Of a DNA stretch of 64,000 nucleotides, positions 1 through 12,000 are shown piece by piece (position 1 is the stretch's first letter; every line of letters starts with the position of its first letter). The stretch lies in the NCBI GenBank assembly GCA_964036045.1, contig OZ038379.1, forward strand, positions 14,260,001 through 14,324,000, written 5' to 3'. The translations under genes and the position numbers were made by a program. This DNA is from Eutreptiella sp. 'Long Island Sound 2002'. Its lineage: Eukaryota > Protista > Euglenida. The notes under the pieces are model-generated. The model saw only the letters and a program-made list of their open reading frames with translations, was not told the origin of the DNA and ran no database searches.

Positions 1-2
1 CA

Positions 3-3000
3 GAGGGAATGATCAGCGAGGGCAACATCAGCTTCGACCTTTCGGTGACAACCTTTGAATCCTCATTGGTGAGCGATGGCAAGGATGCCTTCATGGACAG
101 CATCAACGCCACGGTTGAATTTGGATCTGGTTTCCATGCTGGTGCAGTGAAAGCGGAGACCCCTGAGTCCTCAGAGGAGGTCGCCACCCGGCGGCTGCTG
201 CAAACGGATGCGGAGCTGCTTCAGTTCACCAAGCATCTGTGCGGTGGCAAGGGCTTCCTGTCCCGGGGCAACATCAGCATGGTGGCTGGTGCTGACACCA
301 CCTTCCGGGGCCCATTGAACCACACTGGCATGGGTATTGTTGAGCTCGCGGCTCTGGCCCGTTGCCTGTTCACCGGCCTTTATGATGACGTTGCAGATGG
401 CGTGGGTCGAGAGCTGTTGGCAGTGAAGCCAGACTTCATGAAGGGACGTGCCGGCCTTGTGGAGCATCGCGTTGGTGGTGCGGGTATGAAGAGCGCCGGT
501 AACATCACCTACGACATGGCTGTGACCACACATGAAGGGTCTTTGATCAGCGATGGTGAGGAGGCGTTCATGAACAGCATCAACGCCACGGTGGTGTTCA
601 CATCCATGCGCAATGCTGTCAAGATGGCGTCTGACATGGAGGAGTCAGGCTTTGCCGAGCGCCGCCTGCTGCAGACGGAAGACGGCAAGGACGTCATTAA
701 CCATCTGTGCGGTGGTTTGGGCTTCCACTCCGAGGGCAACATCAGCATTGAGGATGGAGCTTACACCACGTTCCAGGGACCACTGAACCACACTGGCAAG
801 GGTATCATGGAGATGAGTGCCGAAGGGCAGTGCCTGTTCACTGGTAAGTACGACAAGATGGTGGACGAGATGGGCCGAGAGTTGATGGCAGCGGGTCCAG
901 ACTTCCGCAAGGGACGTGCTGGTTTCACTGAGCATTACGTTGGAGCTGAGGGCTTTAGGAGTGCTGGTAACATCACCTATGACATGGCTGTGACGACGCA
1001 CGCAGGGTCATTGATCAGCGATGGTCAGACCGCATTCCTGGAGAGCCGCAACTCCTCCGTCATCTTTGCCTCCCAGGGCCACGACGACAACTCTGACGAT
1101 GATGTTACACCTTATGATACTCGCCGTTTGTTGCAGGCTGATGGCTTCTCAAAGCTTGTGGCCGAGTACACCCGCCACCTGTGTGGTGGTGTGGGCTTCC
1201 TGTCCATGGGCAACATCACCATTACGGATGGGGCTGACACTACGTTCCAGGGACCACTTAACCACACGGATCAGGGTCTCATTGAACTGACGGCTCGGGC
1301 ACGTGCGATGTTCACCGGGAAGTACGACGATGATGAGTCCACAGCTCAGGCCCTGGGCCATGTGCTGATGCAGAAGCCGGACTTCCTCAGCGGACGTGGT
1401 GGGCTCACGAAGCATCGTGTTGCGGCGTGGGGCATGAAGAGCGCAGGCAACATCAGCTACGACAGCGCTGTGACGACTTTCGAAGGACCGTTGACCAGTG
1501 ATGGGGCCACGGCGTTCATGAACAGCACCAACGCCGTGGTTGAGTTTTCATCGCTCTTCATGCTCGCCAAGATCGCCTTTGGGGATGCTGATGAATCCGA
1601 GTTCGGACGACGGCGGCTTCTCCAGTCGGATGATGGGCAGACATACACTCACCATATGTGCGGCGGTTTGGGCTTCCTGTCCCAGGGCAATATCAGCATT
1701 GGTGATGGAGCCGATACCACATTCCAGGGCCCCTTGAACCACACCGGCAAGGGTATTATGGAGATGACCTCTGCTGGACGTTGTCTGTTCACCGGTAAGT
1801 ATGACAAGATGGTGGACAAGACGGGCCGTGAGTTGATGGCTGCGGGTCCAGACTTCCTGAAGGGACGTGATGGTTTCACCGAGCATTACGTTGGAGGCGA
1901 GGGCTTCAGGAGTGCTGGTAATATCACCCATGACATGGCTGTGACCACATTCGAGGGATCTTTGGTCAACGATGGCGAGACTGCGTATATGAAGAGCCGC
2001 AATGCCACGGTGGTGTTTGGCTCTCTTGCCCGCACCGGTAAGGCATCTGACGTGGATGAAACTACCTCGGAACTGGGCAAGCGCCGTTTGCTGGCGACTG
2101 AGGATGGCGAGGACTTCACCGCTCATGTGGTCGGAGGTCTTGGTTTCTTGTCCGAGGGTAACATCAGCATCGTCACTGGTGCCGATACCACATTCCAGGG
2201 CCCATTGAACCAGACTGGCCTGGGTATCATTAAAATGACTGCTCTGGCACGTGCCTTGTTCACTGGTAAATATGGGCAGAAGAAGGTGGGCCGCGAGCTG
2301 ATGGAAGAAAAGCCAGACTTCGCCAAGGGACGTGCAGGAATGGTGAAGCACCGTGTTGCTGCAGAGGGAATGATCAGCGAGGGCAACATCAGCTTCGACC
2401 TTTCGGTGACAACCTTTGAATCCTCATTGGTGAGCGATGGCAAGGATGCCTTCATGGACAGCATCAACGCCACGGTTGAATTTGGATCTGGTTTCCATGC
2501 TGGTGCAGTGAAAGCGGAGACCCCTGAGTCCTCAGAGGAGGTCGCCACCCGGCGGCTGCTGCAAACGGATGCGGAGCTGCTTCAGTTCACCAAGCATCTG
2601 TGCGGTGGCAAGGGCTTCCTGTCCCGGGGCAACATCAGCATGGTGGCTGGTGCTGACACCACCTTCCGGGGCCCATTGAACCACACTGGCATGGGTATTG
2701 TTGAGCTCGCGGCTCTGGCCCGTTGCCTGTTCACCGGCCTTTATGATGACGTTGCAGATGGCGTGGGTAGAGAGCTGTTGGCAGTGAAGCCAGACTTCAT
2801 GAAGGGACGTGCCGGCCTTGTGGAGCATCGCGTTGGTGGTGCGGGTATGAAGAGCGCCGGTAACATCACCTACGACATGGCTGTGACCACACATGAAGGG
2901 TCTTTGATCAGCGATGGTGAGGAGGCGTTCATGAACAGCATCAACGCCACGGTGGTGTTCACATCCATGCGCAATGCTGTCAAGATGGCGTCTGACATGG

Positions 3001-6000
3001 AGGAGTCAGGCTTTGCCGAGCGCCGCCTGCTGCAGACGGAAGACGGCAAGGACGTCATTAACCATCTGTGCGGTGGTTTGGGCTTCCACTCCGAGGGCAA
3101 CATCAGCATTGAGGATGGAGCTTACACCACGTTCCAGGGACCACTGAACCACACTGGCAAGGGTATCATGGAGATGAGTGCCGAAGGGCAGTGCCTGTTC
3201 ACTGGTAAGTACGACAAGATGGTGGACGAGATGGGCCGAGAGTTGATGGCAGCGGGTCCAGACTTCCGCAAGGGACGTGCTGGTTTCACTGAGCATTACG
3301 TTGGAGCTGAGGGCTTTAGGAGTGCTGGTAACATCACCTATGACATGGCTGTGACGACGCACGCAGGGTCATTGATCAGCGATGGTCAGACCGCATTCCT
3401 GGAGAGCCGCAACTCCTCCGTCATCTTTGCCTCCCAGGGCCACGACGACAACTCTGACGATGATGTTACACCTTATGATACTCGCCGTTTGTTGCAGGCT
3501 GATGGCTTCTCAAAGCTTGTGGCCGAGTACACCCGCCACCTGTGTGGTGGTGTGGGCTTCCTGTCCATGGGCAACATCACCATTACGGATGGGGCTGACA
3601 CTACGTTCCAGGGACCACTTAACCACACGGATCAGGGTCTCATTGAATTGACGGCTCGGGCACGTGCGATGTTCACCGGGAAGTACAACGATGATGAGTC
3701 CACGGCTCAGGCCCTGGGCCATGTGCTGATGCAGAAGCCGGACTTCCTCAGCGGACGTGGTGGGCTCACGAAGCATCGTGTTGCGGCGTGGGGCATGAAG
3801 AGCGCAGGCAACATCAGCTACGACAGCGCTGTGACGACTTTCGAAGGACCGTTGACCAGTGATGGGGCCACGGCGTTCATGAACAGCACCAACGCCGTGG
3901 TTGAGTTTTCATCGCTCTTCATGCTCGCCAAGATCGCCTTGGCGGACTCCGTTGACGCCGATTTCTCGCAGCGCAGACTGCTGCAGCACGAAGATGGCAC
4001 CACGTCGATGGGCATGACCACGCATCTGTGCGGTGGTCTGGGATTCTACTCCGAGGGCAACATCAGTATTGCCTCCGGTGCGGATACCATCTTTCAGGGC
4101 CCCTTGAACCACACCGGGAAGGGCATCGTGGAGATGGCCTCTAAGGCCCGGGCGCTGTTCACTGGGAAGTACGATGATGACGAGTACACTTCGCAGAGCC
4201 TCGGTCACACGCTCATGGAGAAGCCCGACTTCTCGAAGGGCCGCGCCGGCTTCACGGAGCACCGGGTCGCTGGAATGGGAATGGACAGCGCCGGCAACAT
4301 CAGCGTCGTTTATTCTGTGACCACCTTCGAGGGGTCGTGCGTCAGTGAGGGCGACGAGGCGTTCATGGCCAGTGAGAACGGCACCGTCGTGTTCAGCTCG
4401 GCCCGGCACGACGCCGGCACCCTCGCCAGTGCAGAGGACTTGCAGGCGGAGCTGGGCAAGCGCCGGCTGCTGCAGACTGACGATGGCTCATCGGTGATGT
4501 CTGGCAACTTCACCAACCATTTGGTTGGCGGGCGTGGCTTCTTGTCCATGGGCAACATCACCATTGCCCCAGGGGCGGACACCACGTTCCAGGGGCCGCT
4601 GAACCACACCGGCCACGGTATCATCAGGATGACCGCCGACGCCCGTGCCTTGTTCACCGGGGCCTACGAGCGGCTGGTCCCGGCGGTGCCCCGCGAGCTG
4701 CACCGCCGCCGACCGCGCCGTCCCCGTCCTCCCCGTCGCGACGACGATGGGCCGGAGGCAAACGCCACTGAGAGCCGGGCCGCTCGCCAGCTCATGCAGG
4801 AGGTGGAGCTTAGCGTGGACTTCTCCAAGGGCCCCGCGGGTTTCGTGAACCACACCATTGCGGCGTACGGGATGATCAATGCCGGAAACGTGAGCTTCGA
4901 CCTGTCCGTCACGACGTTTTTGTCGTCATTGGTGAGCGATGGCCTGGAAGCGTTCATGGACAGCATCAACGCCACCGTTGTGTTTGGCTCCCGGCAGAGC
5001 GCCTCGGGGGCGGATTACGGGGACGATGCTCTAGCCTCCGAGTCCCGCCGCCGGTTGCTGCAGACTGATACTGAACTTGCCGAGTTCACCAAGCACATGT
5101 GCGGTGGCAAGGGCTTCCTGTCTCAAGGCAACATCAGCATGGTGGCTGGTGCTGACACCACCTTCCGGGGCCCATTGAACCACACTGGCATGGGTATTGT
5201 TGAGCTGGCGGCTCAGGCTCGTTGCCTGTTCACCGGCCTTTATGATGACGTTGCAGATGGCGTGGGTAGAGAGCTGTTGGCAGTGAAGCCAGACTTCATG
5301 AAGGGACGTGCCGGCCTTGTGGAGCATCGCGTTGGTGGTGCGGGTATGAAGAGCGCCGGTAACATCACCTACGACATGGCTGTAACCACACATGAAGGGC
5401 CGTTGATCAGTGACGGCGCAGACGCATTCATGAAGAGCATCAACGCCACGGTGGTGTTCACATCCATGCGCAATGCTGTGAAGATGGCATCTGACATGGA
5501 GGACACTGCGTCCGAATTGGGTCAGCGCCGTCTGCTGCAGACGGAAGACGGAATGGAAGTCACCAATCATCTGTGCGGTGGCAAGGGTTTCTTCTCCGAG
5601 GGTAACGTCAGCATTGAAGATGGAGCCTACATCACCTTCCAGGGCCCCTTGAACCACACCGGCAAGGGTATTATGGAGATGACCTCTGCTGGACGTTGTC
5701 TGTTCACCGGTAAGTATGACAAGATGGTGGATACGATGGGCCGTGAGTTGATGGCTGCGGGTCCAGACTTCCTGAAGGGACGTGATGGTTTCACCGAGCA
5801 TTACGTTGGAGGCGAGGGCTTCAGGAGTGCTGGTAATATCACCCATGACATGGCTGTGACCACATTCGAGGGATCTTTGGTCAACGATGGCGAGACTGCG
5901 TACATGAAGAGCCGCAATGCCACGGTGGTGTTTGGCTCCAAGGGCGTGGCGTCTGACGTGGATGAAACTACCTCGGAACTGGGCAAGCGCCGTTTGCTGG

Positions 6001-9000
6001 CGACTGAGGATGGCGAGGACTTCACCGCTCATGTGGTCGGAGGTCTTGGTTTCTTGTCCGAGGGTAACATCAGCATCGTCACTGGTGCCGATACCACATT
6101 CCAGGGCCCATTGAACCAGACTGGCCTGGGTATCATTAAAATGACTGCTCTGGCACGTGCCTTGTTCACTGGTAAATATGAGCAGAAGAAGGTGGGCCGC
6201 GAGCTGATGGAAGAAAAGCCAGACTTCGCCAAGGGACGTGCAGGAATGGTGAAGCACCGTGTTGCTGCAGAGGGAATGATCAGCGAGGGCAACATCAGCT
6301 TCGACCTTTCGGTGACAACCTTTGAATCCTCATTGGTGAGCGATGGCAAGGATGCCTTCATGGACAGCATCAACGCCACGGTTGAATTTGGATCTGGTTT
6401 CCATGCTGGTGCAATGAAAGCGGAGACCCCTGAGTCCTCAGAGGAGGTCGCCACCCGGCGGCTGCTGCAAACGGATGCGGAGCTGCTTCAGTTCACCAAG
6501 CATCTGTGCGGTGGCAAGGGCTTCCTGTCCCAAGGCAACATCAGCATGGTGGCTGGTGCTGACACCACCTTCCGGGGCCCATTGAACCACACTGGCATGG
6601 GTATTGTTGAGCTCGCGGCTCTGGCCCGTTGCCTGTTCACCGGCCTTTATGATGACGTTGCAGATGGCGTGGGCAGAGAGCTGTTGGCAGTGAAGCCAGA
6701 CTTCATGAAGGGACGTGCCGGCCTTGTGGAGCATCGCGTTGGTGGTGCGGGTATGAAGAGCGCCGGTAACATCACCTACGACATGGCTGTGACCACACAT
6801 GAAGGGTCTTTGATCAGCGATGGTGAGGAGGCGTTCATGAACAGCATCAACGCCACGGTGGTGTTCACATCCATGCGCAATGCTGTCAAGATGGCGTCTG
6901 ACATGGAGGAGTCAGGCTTTGCCGAGCGCCGCCTGCTGCAGACGGAAGACGGCAAGGACGTCATTAACCATCTGTGCGGTGGTTTGGGCTTCCACTCCGA
7001 GGGCAACATCAGCATTGAGGATGGAGCTTACACCACGTTCCAGGGACCACTGAACCACACTGGCAAGGGTATCATGGAGATGAGTGCCGAAGGGCAGTGC
7101 CTGTTCACTGGTAAGTACGACAAGATGGTGGACGAGATGGGCCGAGAGTTGATGGCAGCGGGTCCAGACTTCCGCAAGGGACGTGCTGGTTTCACTGAGC
7201 ATTACGTTGGAGCTGAGGGCTTTAGGAGTGCTGGTAACATCACCTATGACATGGCTGTGACGACGCACGCAGGGTCATTGATCAGCGATGGGGACCGTGC
7301 CTTCATGAACAGCACCAACGCAGCAGTAGTGTTCAGCTCCAAGCGCAATGCGGGCCAAACGGTTTCCGAATATGCCGCAGAAACTGGACTAGGCCAGCGT
7401 CGCCTGCTGATGGCCGAAGATGGAAGCGAGGTCACGAATCATTTGTGTGGTGGTTTGGGCTTCTACTCCGAGGGCAACATCAGCATTGAGGATCGAGCTT
7501 ACACCACGTTCCAGGGACCACTGAACCAGACTGGCCAGGGCATGTTTACGGTGACAGAAGAGGCGGCTGCCAGGTTCACTGGCAAATACGACAAGAAAGA
7601 TTCCGCAGGTCGTGAGTTGATGGCAATGCCAGATTTCTTGAAAGATCGCGCCTCATTGGTTCAGCACATCATTGCCGCATGGGGCACACGCAGCGCAGGC
7701 AATATGAGCTTCGACTTGTCGGTGACCACATTTGCAGCCTCCATGATCAGCGATGGTAAGAAGGCACACATGGACAGCACGAATGCCACTGTTGTGTTCT
7801 CCTCGTACTCAAGTGGAGGGGACTCAACATCTGGGGTCGATGCTGCCTCCTCTTCCCGCCGGCTGTTGCAGGCTGACGAGGACCTCACCCAGCATATCGT
7901 TGGTGGTCTCGGATTCCTTTCTAAGGGCAATATTAGCATTTTGGCTGGAGCTGACACCGTGTTTGAGGGCCGGTTGAACCACACTGGTCTGGGTCGCGTG
8001 GACCTCGAGGCTGGTGCACGTGCGCTGTTCACTGGTTTCTACGGCGATTGGGTTGCGGACATGGGCAAGAAGCTACTTGCTGCCAGACCTGACTTTATGA
8101 ACGGACGTGCTGGTTTGACGGCGCACTTTATCGGAGGTGAGGGTGTGAAGAGCGCCGGTAACATCACCTACGACATGGCTGTGACCACACATGAAGGGTC
8201 GTTGATCAGTGATGGTGAGGAGGCGTTCATGAACAGCATCAACGCCACGGTGGTGTTCACATCCATGCGCAATGCTGCCAAGATGGCGTCTGACATGGAG
8301 GAGTCAGGCTTTGCCGAGCGCCGCCTGCTGCAGACGGAAGACGGCAAGGACGTCATTAACCATCTGTGCGGTGGTTTGGGCTTCCACTCCGAGGGCAACA
8401 TCAGCATTGAGGATGGAGCTTACACCACGTTCCAGGGACCGCTGAACCACACTGGCAAGGGTATCATGGAGATGAGTGCCGAAGGGCAGTGCCTGTTCAC
8501 TGGTAAGTACGACAAGATGGTGGACGAGATGGGCCGAGAGTTGATGGCAGCGGGTCCAGACTTCCGCAAGGGACGTGCTGGTTTCACTGAGCATTACGTT
8601 GGAGCTGAGGGCTTTAGGAGTGCTGGTAACATCACCTATGACATGGCTGTGACGACGCACGCAGGGTCATTGATCAGCGATGGGGACCGTGCCTTCATGA
8701 ACAGCACCAACGCAGCAGTAGTGTTCAGCTCCAAGCGCAATGCGGGCCAAATGGTTTCCGAATATGCCGCAGAAACTGGACTAGGCCAGCGTCGCCTGCT
8801 GATGGCCGAAGATGGAAGCGAGGTCACGAATCATTTGTGTGGTGGTTTGGGCTTCTACTCCGAGGGCAACATCAGCATTGAGGATGGAGCTTACACCACG
8901 TTCCAGGGACCACTGAACCAGACTGGCCAGGGCATGTTTACGGTGACAGAAGAGGCGGCTGCCAGGTTCACTGGCAAATACGACAAGAAAGATTCCGCAG

Positions 9001-12000
9001 GTCGTGAGTTGATGGCAATGCCAGATTTCTTGAAAGATCGCGCCTCATTGGTTCAGCACATCATTGCCGCATGGGGCACACGCAGCGCAGGCAATATGAG
9101 CTTCGACTTGTCGGTGACCACATTTGCAGCCTCCATGATCAGCGATGGTAAGAAGGCACACATGGACAGCACGAATGCCACTGTTGTGTTCTCCTCGTAC
9201 TCAAGTGGAGGGGACTCAACATCTGGGGTCGATGCTGCCTCCTCTTCCCGCCGGCTGTTGCAGGCTGACGAGGACCTCACCCAGCATATCGTTGGTGGTC
9301 TCGGATTCCTTTCTAAGGGCAATATTAGCATTTTGGCTGGAGCTGACACCGTGTTTGAGGGCCGGTTGAACCACACTGGTCTGGGTCGCGTGGACCTCGA
9401 GGCTGGTGCACGTGCGCTGTTCACTGGTTTCTACGGCGATTGGGTTGCGGACATGGGCAAGAAGCTACTTGCTGCCAGACCTGACTTTATGAACGGACGT
9501 GCTGGTTTGACGGCGCACTTTATCGGAGGTGAGGGTGTGAAGAGCGCCGGTAACATCACCTACGACATGGCTGTGACCACACATGAAGGGCCATTGATCA
9601 GCGATGGTGAGGAGGCGTTCATGGACAGCATCAACGCCACCGTTGTGCTGGGTTCCATCCTCACTGCCGACCGCATGGTGTCTGACATGGAGGAGTCAGG
9701 CTTTGCCGAGCGCCGTCTGCTGCAGACGGAGGATGGCAAGGAAGTTTACGTGACCAAGCATCTGTTCGGCGGACGTGGCTTCCGCTCCATGGGGAATGTT
9801 AGCATTGCAGACGGGGCCGACACCACATTCTTTGGCCCGTTCAACCACAGCGGATATGGCATCGTGGAGCTGGCTGCACTGGCGCACGCAATGTTCACCG
9901 GGGCTTACGATGGTGAGGACTGGTTGGCGGACGTAGTGGGCCCTGTGGAGCACACTGTGGGCGCGCTTGGTTTGTCTAGCGCAGGCAACATCACATTCAA
10001 GACAGCGGTGACGCGGTTCGCCGGGTCACTGTGGAGCTACGGGGAGTTCTCGCACCTTCTGAGCACTGATGCCAAGGTGGTGTTTGCTTCCGGGCTGCCT
10101 GCCAGCTCCCGTGATGCGGATGACCAGGAAATGTCCAGCTCCCGCAAGGTGCTGCAGATGGAGGACGAGTGTGCGCCGGATTCCACAAACCACTTGGTGG
10201 CAGGTCTTGGATTCCTGTCCATGGGCAACGTCAGCATCGAAGCTGGTGCTGACACTGTGTTCCAGGGTCCCCTGACGCACATGGGCAAGGGTATCATCGA
10301 CATGACCGCTTGTGCCCATGCCAAGTTTGCTGGGGCTCTTGAGGAGTTCACGCAGCACTATGTGGGCGGGTCTGGTATGACCAGCGCCGGGAACATCACG
10401 TTCGAGACATCAGTGACCAATTTCGTGGCCGCGTTGCGCAGCTACGGAGCTCGATCATTCATGCAGAGCGACAAGGCAATGGTGATGTTCTCCTCCATGC
10501 TGCCCGACGGCTGTGCGGCCGAATACGAGGCTCTGGGACTTCTTGATGCCGACGACGAGGGGATGTCGTCCGCCCGTCGGCTGCTTCAAATGCGGGAGGA
10601 ATGTGTCAGGGATTTCACGTGGACGCGGCATTTGGTGGGAGGCTACGGCTTCCTGTCCATGGGCAACATCAGCATTGGGGCCGGGGCGGACACCACGTTC
10701 CTTGGCCCTCTGGACCACAAGGGAGACGGCCTCGTGAACATGAGCGCTGGTGCGCACGCGCTGTTCACTGGGAACTTCGACGGCATGAATTGGATGCACG
10801 AGGAGGAGGCCCTGACGAAGCACCGCATCGCAGGCCAGGGTATGCTCAGTGCCGGCAGGATCACTTTCTTGTCTGCGGTGACCACGTTCTTTGGCACCCT
10901 GTTCAGCCACGGTGCAGAGGCATTCATGAACAGCACAGGCGCCAAGGTGGTTTTCGGGTCGCAACACGAGGCCTTTGCGGATGCCTTCTTCGGCTCGATG
11001 GAGGGTGGCCAAGGATGGACCAAGCACTACGTCGGGGGGCGGGGCTTCGCGTCCCAGGGCAACATCAGCGTGGCCATGGGGGCCGAAACCACAATGGAGG
11101 GCCCTCTGAGGCATACCGGAGAGGGCTCAGTGGACATTGAGGACCTCGGAAAGCTGCTGTTCACTGGTGCCTACGACCTGCTGCCCGATTTCTTCAGCGG
11201 CACCGATGGTCTTATCAAGCACCACATTGCCGGTGCCGGGGTGAACAGCGCAGGCAACATCAGCTGCAGCGGCGCTGTGACCATTTTCGAAGGGGGATTG
11301 CAGAGTCAGGGAGGCAATGCTGTCTTGCAGAGCAGGGAATGCGCGATGGTGTTTGCTTCCGGGCTGCCTGCCAGCTCCCGTGATGCGGATGACCAGGAAA
11401 TGTCCAGCTCCCGCAAGGTGCTGCAGATGGAGGACGAGTGTGCGCCGGATTCCACAAACCATTTGTTGGCAGGTCTTGGATTCCTGTCCATGGGCAACGT
11501 CAGCATCGAAGCTGGTGCTGACACTGTGTTCCAGGGTCCCCTGACGCACATGGGCAAGGGTATCATCGACATGACCGCTTGTGCCCATGCCAAGTTTGCT
11601 GGGGCTCTTGAGGAGTTCACGCAGCACTATGTGGGCGGGTCTGGTATGACCAGCGCCGGGAACATCACGTTCGAGACATCAGTGACCAATTTCGTGGCCG
11701 CGTTGCGCAGCTACGGAGCTCGATCATTCATGCAGAGCGACAAGGCAATGGTGATGTTCTCCTCCATGCTGCCCGACGGCTGTGCGGCCGAATACGAGGC
11801 TCTGGGACTTCTTGATGCCGACGACGAGGGGATGTCGTCCGCCCGTCGGCTGCTTCAAATGCGGGAGGAATGTGTCAGGGATTTCACGTGGACGCGGCAT
11901 TTGGTGGGAGGCTACGGCTTCCTGTCCATGGGCAACATCAGCATTGGGGCCGGGGCGGACACCACGTTCCTTGGCCCTCTGGACCACAAGGGAGACGGCC

